Of a stretch of 64,000 nucleotides of DNA, positions 46,871-59,540 are shown one piece after another. The notes under the pieces are model-generated. The model saw only the letters and a program-made list of their open reading frames with translations. It made no database searches and was not told the DNA's origin. The stretch's first letter is position 1, and every line of letters starts with the position of its first letter. Both the position numbers and the translations under genes were made by a program. This DNA comes from Carcharhinus longimanus (Eukaryota), in NCBI GenBank assembly GCA_030264375.1, contig JASCQW010000190.1, positions 99,542,130 through 99,606,129 on the forward strand, written 5' to 3'.

Positions 46871-48859
46871 TTATGATAAACTTCTTATCATAAACTTCTA
46901 TAAATCATTAATTTAGCACACAGATAAAAGTCGGACCATTGAATCTCATCCTTTGAGTCTCCTTTGTGAGAAATATCTTTTAAGGTCAAGCAATCTTTTG
47001 TTTTGATTGTTTTAATGCCAAGGCTCTTTTCTCTTGAATGTGCCTTTGAAAAAGTAGCTTGGAAAGGAACTAGATTGGAATAACTAACAATTGTCTGAAT
47101 TGAGCTTACTGTTGGAGGGAGAGAAACCCAACAAATCCTCCAGGGTTTGAGTTTCATCACATTGCAGCACTAAATATTGCTGCCAGCAATGGCCTAACTC
47201 TTGATAAATTATGTTGCACGTATATTTTTAAAATTGCAAGATATTTTGTTGTGACTGTTAATTGTAGAAGATTGACTGAGCCAAATGGAGTTAAACTACT
47301 CCAGTGAAAGCTTTAATTGGCCTAGTATTGAATTTGTACAGACACCAGGAAGTCTGAGCAACTTGATTGTCACGCATCATCCAGAAAAGACAGCCAAAAG
47401 CATTTAGACAACACTGTTATTGAAAGTTGATTGTACAAAACGCAGAGTATTCATTCTTATTATGCATTCTTTATGGAATAAAATTATCTAACTTTTATAC
47501 TTTGAAATTAAAGCATTTCCCTAATATATTAACAAATTAGATATTCAAAGGAAAAATACTGCAACTTAAAGTCATTGTTCAAGTGACCCCCTTGGTGAAT
47601 GCATACATTGAAAGTTGAGCTATGCAGACCAGAAGAATTCCAATTAGTTTATCTGATTCAATTGGGAAAACAGTAAATGTAATTTATAAATGGTTAGTGA
47701 AAGAACACTATCCTCCCCACTCCTAATTATTATCCAGCAATATCCTGCTGGAAGTGTGCATGTGAGGATGTTAGTTAAGGATCTGACTTAATTCTGATGT
47801 GTTATTTTGTTAATGTTGCTTATAACCACTCATTTTATATGAATTAAAGATTCCTGGTTAGACTACCGTGTTAATTGTATCAGCTGGTGTTAACTGCATG
47901 CAGATGTGGGGGGCATTGATCAGATGGTTACACAAGCATATCTAAGGAGACACTTCCAACATGAATGGAGTCAGGAGATAATGTACCTGCAATGTTTCAC
48001 TCTGAAAATATAACTAATCCAAGTAAAGAGCAGCTTTGGATTCTTCCTTCATTCACTGGCTACTAGGAGTATAACATGCCATAGGGTGGCTGCCATTTTT
48101 GGAACTGTTTCCAGCATTGAATCAATAGCTTCAAGAGAGGAGCAGAGAGAAGGCATTTGACAAACTAGAAGCAAAGTGCAAAACAATAGCATGAGCTTGA
48201 GTTATTGAAAGATCATCTTGAGGGGATTTTGTTATTCAAAATAAATGTCTGCTTCATTTGAACTTCAGTTTAATTCAAATTAAGATCAATTGTTTCAAAG
48301 TGCTCAATTCAGAGGGATAGCTTGACATTCAAATTAGTGGGAAGTATTTAATAGCTTTAGGCTGCTTCAGTTTGAATCACATGATCAAATGCTAGGAGAT
48401 ACAGTAGAAGTTTGTTTTAGACTGGCCCACAAATAAAGTGGGTGCATGAGTTCTATCCGTAGGCAGCAGTATCAGTCAGAAGATGTAAAACACTAAGTAC
48501 ATGGGAAAATTCAAATAAGGACAACTACTTGTGTGGACCCAGCATTTGCAGCCTACAATACATTGTTATTATCCCCATTTCTCTTTTGTCATGCAATCTA
48601 AAATTACTGCAGTTTCCTGGTTGTCAACAATTTTGTAAAGTAGTTATATGCATTTTTGTGAAATTGTGTTTGCAGGATTTGCTTTGCACAGCTAGCTTTT
48701 GAAGCTGTCATTCAGGATGACTTGTTCTTCAAATGTCCTTTCCGATATTAAAACGCCCTGCTTGACATTGCGAATTTCTTGCCAGTTGTGAAAAGTCTAG
48801 TGCAGGACGGGTAGAGAGTGGCACAATATTTTGGATTGTCAGTGCAATGTCATTCAAAG

Positions 48860-49035
48860 GAAGAAGGAAGTTGTGTTTACTTAGTGCGTTTGACAATCTT
48901 GGAAAGTCTGAGAACACCCTACAAACCATGAAGCACTTCTGCAATTTTACCATTGTTGCAACAATGATAAATACAGCTGCCAATTCACACACAAGCTGCC
49001 ATAAAATCCTACAAGTAGTAATGAAATAAATGACT
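48860..49035 (-). mobile_element. Deu-domain SINE 3' fragment
   Basis: AGTTGTGTTTACTTAGTGCGTTT...ATGAAGCACTT...CAGCTGCCAATTCACACACAAG. Confidence 0.5.
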
Positions 49036-49087
49036 AAATAACCTGGAGAATCGAGAACATGAGGTCACTGTGTCAGAGTGATGTGTT

Positions 49088-49695
49088 AAGAACATAAGGA
49101 CGTAAGAAATAGGAGCAGGAGTAGGCCATCTAGCCCTTCGAGCCTGCCCCACCATTCAATAAGATCATGGCTGATCTGANNNNNNNNNNNNNNNNNNNNN
49201 NNNNNNNNNNNNNNNNNNNNNNNNNNNNNNNNNNNNNNNNNNNNNNNNNNNNNNNNNNNNNNNNNNNNNNNNNNNNNNNGCCAGCATCCCATTCGCCTTC
49301 TTGATCACCTGCTGCACCTGCAGACTGGGTTTTTGCAACTCATGCACAAGGACCCCTAGGTCCCTCTGCACCGTAGCATGCTACAGCTTTTCACCCTTTA
49401 AATAGTAATCCCACCTACTATTATTTCTGCCAAAGTGGATAACCTCACACTTGCTAACATTGTACTCCATCTGCCAGCTCTTTGCCCACTCGCTCAGCCT
49501 ATCCAGATCCCTCTGCAGACTTTCCACACCCTCCGCGTAATTTGCTTTTCCACTCATCTTCGTGTCATCAGCAAATTTCGTCACCCTACACTCAGCCCCC
49601 TCCTCCAGGTAAATAGCTGAGGCCCCAGCACCGACCCCTGCGGCACTCCATTAATCACCAACTGCCAATCAGAATAGCACTCATTGATACCAATG
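49088..49695 (-). mobile_element. CR1 LINE RT fragment plus 3' tail (internal gap), inserted into another CR1
   Basis: ORFs with GVPQGSVLGPQLF, KFADDTKMSG, LQRDLDRLSEWAK.WQMEYNV.KCEVIHFG; tail AAGAACATAAG. The host + strand CR1 lies at 49045-49087 and 49735-50090. Confidence 0.92.
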
Positions 49696-49816
49696 TTGGC
49701 CATGTTGGCCATTTTGGCCATTTGGCCATTTTGAACCGAGAAAAGGAGAAACTTCTTTACCAAGGGTTAGGAATCTTCGGAATTCACGACTGTAATCGCT
49801 CAGTTATCAAGACAGA

Positions 49817-49934
49817 GGCCCCAATTTTACCGCCACAGCCACCCAAGGCTCATTAGGTCATGTTGGCAGTCAACAGGGAATGCAAGCCTCACCCACCCAA
49901 TTTTGGGGGTGGCTGTGCTGGTAAAATCAGGGCC
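49817..49934. mobile_element. PIF/Harbinger-type MITE with 3-bp TSD (AGA)
   Basis: TIRs GGCCCCAATTTTACC.C.ACAGCCACCC / GGGTGGCTGTGCTGGTAAAATCAGGGCC; removing it restores the CR1 motif TCAAGACAGAGATTGAT. Confidence 0.85.
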
Positions 49935-50129
49935 AGAGATTGATAATTTTGGGTACTCAGGAAATTAAGAGAAATAAGGATAGTTCAAAAGGTAAAATTG
50001 GGGGAGAAGATCAGTCACAGTCTTGTGGATAGTAAAGCAGGCTCAAAGGGCTAACCAAGTGGCTCCAGTTCCTACTTCTTATTTTAATCTGTATCTGCTT
50101 TAATACTGTTCACTGAGGAAAGAAATATT

Positions 50130-50345
50130 GACCCATTTAACAGGAGAACTCCACCAGTCACCTTCACATAGCTCTGTGATTTAGAAAGTATCTTAATTCA
50201 GTGTTTCATCTGAAAGATGGTACCTCTGGTTAGTGCAATGTTCCCTGACTACTACTCTGATATAAATTATACATTCACTTTTCTTGAATGGGCTTCACAC
50301 TATGATATTCTGGCTTGGAAATTACGTGTGTTACCACTGACCCAA
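50130..50345 (-). mobile_element. Deu-domain SINE 5' fragment
   Basis: GGAGAACTCC...TTTCATCTGAAAGATGGTACCTCTG...GTGCAATGTTCCCT...TTACCACTGA. Confidence 0.5.
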
Positions 50346-51134
50346 GATCGATATTCTTTGTGAGTTACTAAAAGGAAGTCAAAAGGGTTACATCTTCCAC
50401 GCAACAAGCCGGTCAGTGAAAGTTGCCCTTAATCAGCTTTGAACTGCGTTTTAGGGGACAATTAAACTGCTGACCACTTGATTGGAAATAAAGCATAGGT
50501 ATTTACAGAGACAAATTAATGTAGGATTGGTTACTGTGAGGGAGGGAATACATAATCACTGACCAGGTGCTGGAAGTGTTACTGCAAAGAATTGGGAATG
50601 TGAGGCAGACACTGTCTGGGACTATTGACTTCCTTTTCTGCAGAAATATCTTATACACTACAAATGTTAACTGGTGGGAAAACACCTCCAGTCATCTATT
50701 ACAGTCCTGAGCGTGGTTCATTTTCATACATTGTTTCTAGAATGCACAGATCAAGGATTTTGGAGACAACAGCAANNNNNNNNNNNNNNNNNNNNNNNNN
50801 NNNNNNNNNNNNNNNNNNNNNNCCCTTCTATAAGAGAATTATGAGGAACAAAGTACCATGCTGACTGCCATATGCTGCACAACAGAGGAAAGAAATGTGG
50901 GGCTGCATCTTATGCCTTTTGGGCGAGGGTGGCAATGCTCATTTCTGCCCCTGCCATCTGAGCATGGTAAAACAAGTGTTGGATTGCCAGTTAGCAGCCA
51001 CCCAGTGGGAAGCTGGCTAATTTTGGCATGGAGGTCACCCCTCATTCCAATGCAGTTGGGCATCTAGGGTGGTACGCCAGACAGGAGAGGGGTTATAATG
51101 TGAACTGAAAGTTGATCATCACCATCAATTTAAA

Positions 51135-51292
51135 GTTAAAAGTTAAAGTTTATTTATTATTCATAAATAGGCTTACATTAACACTGCAATATTACTGTGC
51201 AAATCCCCTGCCAAATCCACTCTGGTGCCTGTTTGGTTGCACTGAGGGAGAATTTAGCGTGGCCAATCCACCTAATCAGCATGTCTTTGGAC
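51135..51292 (-). mobile_element. Alternative-tail SINE, 3' half
   Basis: AAAGTTTATTTATT...GGCTTACATTAACACTGCAAT...ACTGAGGGAGAATTTAGCGTGGCCAATCCACCTAA. Confidence 0.8.
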
Positions 51293-52019
51293 CACTTGCT
51301 CTCTCATTTTCTCCTTATTTGTTGTGGCAGCCTAAAAATGCTGAAGTCTTGTAACATACAAATACTGCCACGTGCTACCATGGCTCCATTTAAAGGCCTT
51401 TTCATTCACCCTTTGTATTGTTTTACCGTACCTGGCAAAAATCACTCCCAAAATTTTTTCCATCCACCTACTGAAAATACATCAGCAAAGTAAAATTTCA
51501 GTTAATTGGATATTTGACAAGCTTGATAGCTTTTTAATTGTTTTTTTTGCAAAATGGTGGGTGAGCTTCAGCGCCTGCCCACCTTCATAAAATTGCAGAT
51601 TTGTGTGATGATGTCAGATTGCTGACCTGGTCTGTGTTTTACAGAAGTGCAGGGGCCAGGCCTGCCAAATTCATAGTTGTAAAATACAGCCCATGATTTC
51701 AACTGACTGGTAGAATAATATTGAACATTGACCAGGCATAGGTTATGACAATAGGAGGCTAATGGCAGAACATTGTATTGAAGAGCTGAGCATGAAATTG
51801 TTGGATAAGGTGATTTGCATACTCACTTGGCTATGCAGTTCATTAATTCAAGGGATAATATGACAATCCTTGGAGAGCATCTGATTCATGCCTGACACTC
51901 TGCTGCAACATTTGGCTACAATTTGTAGCTTTGACCTCCCTGAAATTTTCATATCACTCTTCATTCTACTTTATATGAAGGTGCCAGAAAGGTTTATCTT
52001 CAAATTAATGGGTAATACA

Positions 52020-52480
52020 GATTCCAGGGAAGCAGAATAATAAGTCTGTACTGCTGGGTTCATACCATCTAAATGGACATCCAATGTCAACATGGCACAG
52101 TTCATGATCCTAGGCAACACGGGTGGTCATCTGTGAACATGTTCAACATGACTACCAGATTCTTGGTCTAGTAAGCCAGTGGTTAAATAGAATTGTGCTG
52201 CCATTATGTTGTTGTAAAGTGTTGACCAATTGCTGTTGCTGAATCGTGGCTCCATGATCTTCTTGATGCATTATGAAGGAGTGAATAGATCACCACTGCA
52301 GATGTCCTGAGTGCTGGCCAACAAGGAATTAGCAAGATGAAACTTGAAAGCAATATTGATTTCAACAGTTGCTGGCAGTGAGATACCATATTTTGTATTG
52401 GCTGGAGGTATTCTTGAATAAGATGAATGAAGTGTGTATGAAGATGTGTTACTGTGGCAATATAGAATATTTGACTCTTT
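52020..52480 (-). pseudogene. Fossil PIF/Harbinger (HARBI1-like) transposase fragment
   Basis: Minus strand HLIQEYLQP then SLPATVEINIAFKFHLANSLLASTQDICS aligns by eye to the Harbinger N-terminal motif HLL..DLQP...ALPVAVKVTAALNFYASGSFQ.STGDIC. The downstream part is much weaker. Confidence 0.5.
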
Positions 52481-52528
52481 GTGTTTAGTTCACCATCTAA
52501 TTGGCCTTATGTGTGAACAAAGCAACTT

Positions 52529-53666
52529 CATCGAATCATAGAATCATACAGTGCAGAAAAGGCCCTTTGGCCATCGAGTCCGCATCAATACATAAAAACA
52601 TCTGAACTCCCACCCAATCCTATCTAGCAGAACTTGGCACATAGCCTTAAATGTTAAGATGTGCATAGCGCTCATCCAGATATTTTTTAAAGGATGTGAG
52701 GCAACTCACCTCTAACACCCTCCCAGACAGTGCATTCCAGACCTCTGGGTGAAAATGTTTTTCTTACATTCCCCCTAGACCCCCTGCCCCTCTCTTTGAA
52801 TCTATGTACCCTCGTGACTGACCCTTCAACTAAGGGGAACAGCTGCTCCTTATCCAAGCTATCCATATCTCTTATAATCTTGTATACCTCGATCAGGTCA
52901 TCCTGGCCTCTCTGCTCTAGCGAAAACAAATCAAGCCCACACAACCTCTCTTCAGAACTTAAATGTTCTATCCCAGGCAGCATCCTGGTGAATCTCCTCT
53001 GCATCCCCTCAAGCACAATTACATCCTTCTGATAATGTAGCAATCAGGACTGCACACAGTACTCCATCGGTGGCTTCACCAAAGTTCTATAGAACTCCAA
53101 CTTAACTTCTCTGCTTTTGTAAACTATGTCTCGACTGATAAAGACAAGTGTCCTATATGCCTTTTTCATTACCTTACTTACATATCCTTCCGCTTTTAGA
53201 GATCTATGGACAAACACTCTAAGGACCCTTTGTTCCACAGAACTTCTGACTGTCTTATACTTCATTGACAAATTACTCCTTCCAGAATTTATCACCTCAA
53301 ACTTTTCAGGGTTAAATTCAATCTGTCATTATCTGCCCATTTGACCATTCCGTTTATATCTTCTTGTAGCCCAAGACACTCTGCCTTACTGTTAACCACC
53401 TGTCCAATCTTTGTGTGATCTGCAAACTTACTAATCTTAACCCCCAAATAGTCATCAATGTCATTTTCACAAAAAACAAATAATTGGGGGCCCAACACAG
53501 ATCTCTGTGGTCTGCCACTGGACACCAGCTTCCAGTCACTGAAACAGCCTTCCATTATCACTCTCTGTCTCCTACAACTGAGCCAATTTTGAATCCACCT
53601 TGTCAAATTACTCTGTTTCCCATGTGAGTTTACGTTCTTTACAAGTCTTCCATGTGGGACCTTGAT
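52529..53666 (-). mobile_element. HER1-like CR1 LINE, 3' 1.1 kb
   Basis: Frameshifted RT frames: WIQNWLSCRRQRV...PQRSVLGPQLF...ISKFADHTKIG; LEGMQRRFTRMLPG. Its (CATAGAAT)n tail is shared with the HE1 SINEs. Confidence 0.93.
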
Positions 53667-53859
53667 GAACTTGAAGAAAAATTCTGTTAAAGGTGGTAAA
53701 TGATTGCTATACTAAACTCATTTTTGGACACTATCACAGATTCACCTCCAATGTTTGTTTGAGAGCTACTGACATTTCTTGGTGCTAATAATTTCTTTGT
53801 GGATGAAAATGTATTGAAAACTTCAATAACTCGTGTTTTCACATGATAAAATCAGAGTT

Positions 53860-54225
53860 AAAAGAAAGAACTTGCCATGTCCATGGGACTATCAAAGTAT
53901 TTCAGAATTATGAAAAAGCATTTTGAAGCTGAATTACTGCTATTTTTTGAAACACAATAACCAACTTACATAAGTCAAGATTTCACAACGAATGTGAAAG
54001 AATGAATCTGAAGTGAAGAATTTGATCACCTATTTTTTGATGGTATTGAATGAGGGAAGAATTTTGGTGTGGATTCTAGGAGAAGTTTCTGCTCTCCTTT
54101 AAATAGTGCTCTTATCTCCACCTGGACAACCAGATGGGGCCATAATTTAACCAAAAGTATTGACCTAGATTAAAAAGTGGTCAGCCGCAGTCTTCTGCTT
54201 TGAGATGAATGCTACTTACCAATCT
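53860..54225 (-). mobile_element. Deu-domain SINE, decayed
   Basis: AAAGAAAGAACTTGC...TTGAATGAGGGA...GGAGAAGTTTCTGCTCTCCTTTAAATAGTGC...TCCACCTG...CAGATGGGGCC. Confidence 0.55.
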
Positions 54226-54454
54226 GACAATTAACTTGAGTCTAGATTTTAGTTTTCTAAAAGCACAGATCTTTGGGTGGCCACATATTCTATATTCATG
54301 CTGATTGGGTGCTGATTTGCACCACTATATCTATAGTTCAGTGCAAAGCTGTATCACAAAATCAATCCAATGATTCAAAAGAATTGCACCAAGTTTCACA
54401 ATTTTTTTAAGTTTAGAGAACTCCAGATTTCACTAACAAATTTTCATTCAGAAT

Positions 54455-55200
54455 TTTATACTGTAATTGGTAGAACCCTTGGGAACATGAACATACAGAG
54501 GGGTCTGGACAAGCAGGTCCACAAGTACCAAAAATTGCAACACAAGTGGCCAAAGTGATTAAAAAAGCACCTGGCATGGAACACTGAGTACAAGAGTTGG
54601 GAAATCACGTTGCAGCTATATAAAACCTTGTTTAGGCTGCATTTGGAGCATTGTATGCAGTTCTGGTCACCATATTACCAAAAGCATATGGAAACTTTGG
54701 AGAGAATGCAAAGAAGATTCACCAAGATGTTGCCTAGTTTTGAGGGTGTTGGCTATGGGGAGAGGTTGAATAAACTAAGATTGTTTTCACTTGGAAAGAC
54801 GGAGACTGAGGAGAGACCTGACAGAGGTCTACAAAATTATGAGGGGCATTGAGAGGGTGAATAGTCAGAGGCTTTTTCCAAGGGTGAATTGTCAATTACA
54901 AGGGGGCACAGGTTCAAGGTGAGAGGGAAAAATTTAAGGGAGAATTGCAGGGGAAGTTTTTCATGCAGAGAGTGGTGGATGCCTGGAACGCGCTGCCAAA
55001 GGAGGTGGTGGAAGCAGGTACATTAGTAACATTTAAGAGCCATCTGGATGGGTACATGAATAGGGAAGAAATAGAGGGATTTGGACCGAGTTGCCGCAGG
55101 AAGGTTTTTTTTAAGTTTACTTAGGACATCATAATCAGCGCAGGCTTGAAGAACTGAAGGGCCCGGCCCTGTGCTTTACTTTTTTTTGTGCTTTGTTCTT
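54455..55200 (+). mobile_element. CR1 LINE 3' end
   Basis: LQLYKTLFRLHLEHCMQFWSPYYQKHMETLERMQRRFTKMLP...YGERLNKLRLFSL; 3' UTR ending TTTGTTCTT. Confidence 0.92.
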
Positions 55201-56499
55201 CTTTAAATACGTACAGTCCCCACAAAACAGTGGACAGTGACTATTGAAGTCAGTGTTGTTCTCAAGTTTCTTCAGTCTGATTCCATCCTGGTCAGCACTC
55301 TGGATATCTGCAATGTTAGTGTATTCTTCTAATATTACAAATTAGCAGTTTGAGCACTGTACATCTATCTCAGGTCATGTCCCCTCAACAGATTTGTGCA
55401 GCAAATCACAGAGTCCAGCCCTGGTGGGAGAGCTGTATGTGTGAATTTTACAGATATTGGTCTGAGGCTGTTGGCTAAAGATGAACTACGCATTGAATTT
55501 AAATTTTGGCAGATCAAATTTGATTTGTGAAGTTAAGGGGAAAATGATTGGAACAGATAGTGCCTTTGCTTGTAGTGATTTGAAACAGATAGAAGAAATT
55601 TAACCCCAACAGAAAAAGTGGGGGTCAACTCTCAGACATTAAGAGATATATAGTTCTATTAGTGAAAAGAAAGTGCAGAGGTCTTCAGACAACAAAAAAT
55701 AAAGTAATTGCTGCCGGACAACAGCTGGTAAAAGTAGCTTGCAGTAAAGATAACCTTGTTCAAAAGGAAGCCATGAACTCTGTAGACACTCAATTTCTCA
55801 GCCTGTGAAAGCTCCATTTCTTGGCAGGGTGACCCAGCTAACCTAAGAGACGAACAATAGATCTGTATCTGCTCTTGCTTTTGTTCTTTATAATTAAAAC
55901 ATATTGATTTTTCCACAGATATTTGTAAACTGTACTGCTGAGCAAGCTATTGCTATCGCAGAATAAGAAAATTCAATTCCGGCAGTAACACCCAACAGTT
56001 TTGAAAAGCCACTTGAAGCAGTTACTATCGAATGTGGAAATGAATTTCTCTTGGAAATCAAATAAATTATGGACTGCCTTTCACATTTACCTTCAAAATC
56101 AGAGTGATAGCCACCTTCATTATTCAAGATGTGGGAGTGAACAACTTCTCCAAGTTCAATCTTGTTCAGTTTTTTGTGCAATTTTATTTCTTCATTGTCT
56201 TGAAATCTCAGCCCTTGAAATTTGTTGCTACCCTGTCCATTCTTAGCCACAAAATAGGTGTCTAATTAGCCATATAGGAAATAACATAAACACACTCATT
56301 CCGTGTCTGCACCACACTGGATTGGACTGCTTGGTAGGTTCTAGAGGCTTGTTAAATGATCATTAAAATCCCTAAATAAGCATCTTACATTTATTATAAT
56401 GCAATCATAGTAAGGCTGTCTTCAAACTTCAATGTTTGAAGGGAACAGCGAAGACATTAGGCAACAACAGGAGCAACTGGGGGAAGAGGGGCGAGGGAG

Positions 56500-57560
56500 T
56501 TAAGGGTGAGGTGCTTAGGAAGCCATACAGAGTGTATTTTCTACCTTAACTTCACTTACAAGTGATATCTCAGGTGGCCTTATTTCACAAAGATCACTGC
56601 CACCAAGGTATGGAACCTGCTGGAAGCACATTTCAAACCTTCAACCAGCAGAAGTGAATGTGACTCTCAAAATCAGCATACCCATTAACCTTTCTTCAAG
56701 TGGTTTTGTGGTGATTGTCCCTTTAAGGGCAACACAGCAGAGTAAGGATCACATGGCCTTTTCAACCAATTAAGAGTGTGGAATCACTCCATGATGAAAA
56801 TGGCTTCTCAGGCAAAGAGATATTTTGGGAGCTGGTTATAGTCATGAGGCTGCTCTACAATTCTTATTAGTAAATATCAGTTGTTTTCACTAGTGAATCC
56901 TGTAAAAGTGCACCCTTTACAGGTTCCTTTCAGGCTCTAGCAGGTTTATCAGAAGCATCATCTCTGCTGTTCACCTGTCATATCAGGGAGAATCACCAAC
57001 AGCAACATTTCTTTTATGACCAGGGCATTAGGTTTTATCTGCATGATTGGTTTCATTAAGTATATGGTGCCACAGATTGCACTCATCTACCTGATCCTGA
57101 CAAATCTCTCAGTAGAGGATATTCCATCCCGTAAAGCTTGTTTGTGATCACTTGACAATGCAATAATGCCTGGCAGCAGCCATGACGCATTATTTCTGGA
57201 CTAGTTCTCTACCCTGCCTCTATTCCAGGCCATCAGGTTGCAGGCTGAGTGTTGGTTATATGGTAGACTTCAAGTCATAACTTCTATCAGGAACCCATGA
57301 GCAGCTGTGGGTTAGCCCACAGAAGTAGCTATCCTGCCACTATGCAACAGTTGTCATGCCGAAGCAATGCTTCTGCTGACAAAGCCATTCAGCATAAGTT
57401 TGGTCGTGCAGCCCAGAGTGAGTATCCCAATGTTTAATTGTTTAATGTCCCTTCCATGATTTTGTCATTATGACAGACTTTCTCTTCACACCACCCAGGT
57501 AGCTGGAAGTAGAACAGGAGGAGAAGCAGGATAAAGAAGATAAAGAAGCAGTAGTTACAT
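56500..57560 (+). pseudogene. Fossil PIF/Harbinger (HARBI1-like) DDE transposase, near full length, heavily decayed
   Basis: Motifs in the expected order: YLNF..YLRW.YFTK..ATKVWNLLE; INLSSSGSFQA (across the LTR insertion); GATDCTH (about 57066); LVCDH; PGSSHDA (about 57169); WLYG; KQCFC; FHDF; acidic tail. These correspond to GAIDCTH, QLVCD, PGS.HD, WLLGD, K.RFR and LHN. Confidence 0.8.
56707..56921 (+). mobile_element. Probable solo LTR inserted into the Harbinger transposase
   Basis: TG...CA ends, flanks GGTTT / GGTTC (4 of 5), AGTAAA near the 3' end; excising it rejoins S-G-S-F-Q of the transposase. Confidence 0.65.
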
Positions 57561-58289
57561 TGATTATCAGTGCCACTAGTTCCCTCAGTTCTCAGAGTTA
57601 AGCACATCAAAGAACTCTTCCTGTAAATTAACACTCCAATTCCCAATGCAGTAACAATCCTGCAATCCTCATCACCACCATGCTCACTGCTACCATCTGA
57701 TTCCCTTCCCTGTGTCCATTGTTATGGATGTTTTCTCCCTCTTCACCAACACCAAGTAAAACCAGCAAATCTAAATGTAGGATAAAAACAGATTACTCAA
57801 TTCCATCTGTGTCCATCAGTTAAGAGAAATAATTAAGAATTGTCATTGTGCAGCCACTTATTTTTCTAATTTCTGCACTGATTTTCTAGTGCTCCTCCAT
57901 ATGTTTCCCGAGTGGCTACAGCTTGGAAGGGGATGGCAGCTGATTGACCATTGAGACAGTTTTAATGAGCTTGGTGGATGAGCTCGAGCAGTTCTGGGCC
58001 TTGAGGGCTCAACCATAGTCTGCAGCATCCCCACATGGGTTGGTGCAATCTGTGGCACTGACAAGAGTATGGAAGAGTGAGTGGCAAGGGAGAACGTATG
58101 CTGTCATCATCAGAGAGGACGGCAGGCTCTTTTCACATGGAGCCACAACCACTTTCCTGGCACCACATCTCAGCAGTTCTATTGTTCTCTGCTATTCATA
58201 TTTTACATTTGTATTTTTTCTTTTAACATCAAGCAATATTCCAGGGTCCCCCATTAAGGCATGAGAAAGAGATTGTAAGCTGAGATTGA

Positions 58290-58712
58290 TACACCTGTTG
58301 TGACCTGAAGATGTCCGAAAGCACATTATTGCCAATGAAATACTTTTGAAATGTAGAAATTGGCTTTACATTTCTTTAGATTAAGATAGTTTGAGCACAG
58401 TAAGATTTCACAAAAAGTAACAAGATAAACTGTTTCAGTGACTTTTGTTTGAAGGACAGATGTCAGCCAGGACACCAGGGGGAATTTTCCTCCTTTAAGT
58501 AGTGCCAAGCAATCATTTACACCCACCTGTCAGGACAGGCATGGCCTCTGTTTAAAGTGTTATCCAAGAAATGGCACCTCCTACGCTGCATCACTCCTCA
58601 TTGCTGCACTTTAAAAATGTCAGATTGGATTTTGTACCGGAGGTTCTGGGGAGGAATTTAAACCCATACTCTTCTGACTCAGAAGTGACAGTGCTCCCAC
58701 TGAGCCACAGCT
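58290..58712 (-). mobile_element. Deu-domain SINE (SacSINE1-like), near full length
   Basis: GCCAATGAAATACTTTTGAA...GCCAGGACACCAGGGGGAA...TAGTGCCA...GGCACCTCC...AAACCCA...TTCTGACTCAGA...CCCACTGAGCCACAGCT (tRNA head reverse complement). Confidence 0.8.
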
Positions 58713-59149
58713 ATGATCTTTCTTGGCTCACGACTATAACCTAACTGAGTTTACACAATCTAAGAGGCTACTGAGACTGCATTGCTCTAAATAGTAATTT
58801 TATTCAAATTTAAACCACAGCATCATAACTATAAAATATGTGTAAGCTCAGTTGAATGTAGGGTATTGATTTTGTTAGGACCAGGTGAGAAGGGTGAACT
58901 GGTTCTTCTCTATTCAGCCTTCTCAGCTGATCAAAAAAAGGCTTGGGTTTCTTCATTATGGGTAAACGTCTTTTCTGAATCCAAACATGTTTAACCATTT
59001 AGATAGTGAACAATAGAAATCAATCAAACAAAATTTCCTTGAGTTAAAGAAAGAAAAAATGTATTAACCTCTAAATTTGAGAAAAAAGAAATTGGCTGTA
59101 AATTCCAAAGTCCCCATCATCAAATTGTGGGATACCCAAAAGGGTTACA

Positions 59150-59345
59150 GCAATAGTTACCCAGAAGAAAGTTAGAAGAATTAAAACCGCTTCTGACCTC
59201 TGGGTAACTATTGTAAACATTCAGAAGAATACTCACAAACTATCTCCACAGCCACAACTAACATCTCCCCCAGATATTCCGTACCCACGCTTCAACCCCC
59301 CATCCCACCTTGCCCACTACCCCCCTCCCCCCCAACAACCCATTC
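59150..59345. repeat. Fragment of the same old element as 27527-28235 (opposite strand)
   Basis: Shared AGTTACCCAG-N34/35-CTGGGTAACT cassette followed by a C-rich tract. Confidence 0.55.
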
Positions 59346-59452
59346 ACCCAGCTTTACTCCAAGCAGCCATTCATAGGTATGTTGAGACATCATCATTTTA
59401 AGAATTAGCTTGTGGATGTAATTCATCCATATTCTTTCAAATGATGTACTTT

Positions 59453-59540
59453 GGACAGGATTCTCCGATCTTGTCCGTTCCCATCCCACTGCTCATGGGA
59501 ATGGAGAATTTGGCATTCAGCAGCACCGGAGAATGCCAGC
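59453..59540. mobile_element. PIF/Harbinger-type MITE (short)
   Basis: GGACAGGATTCTCCG ... CCGGAGAATGCCAGC. Confidence 0.6.
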
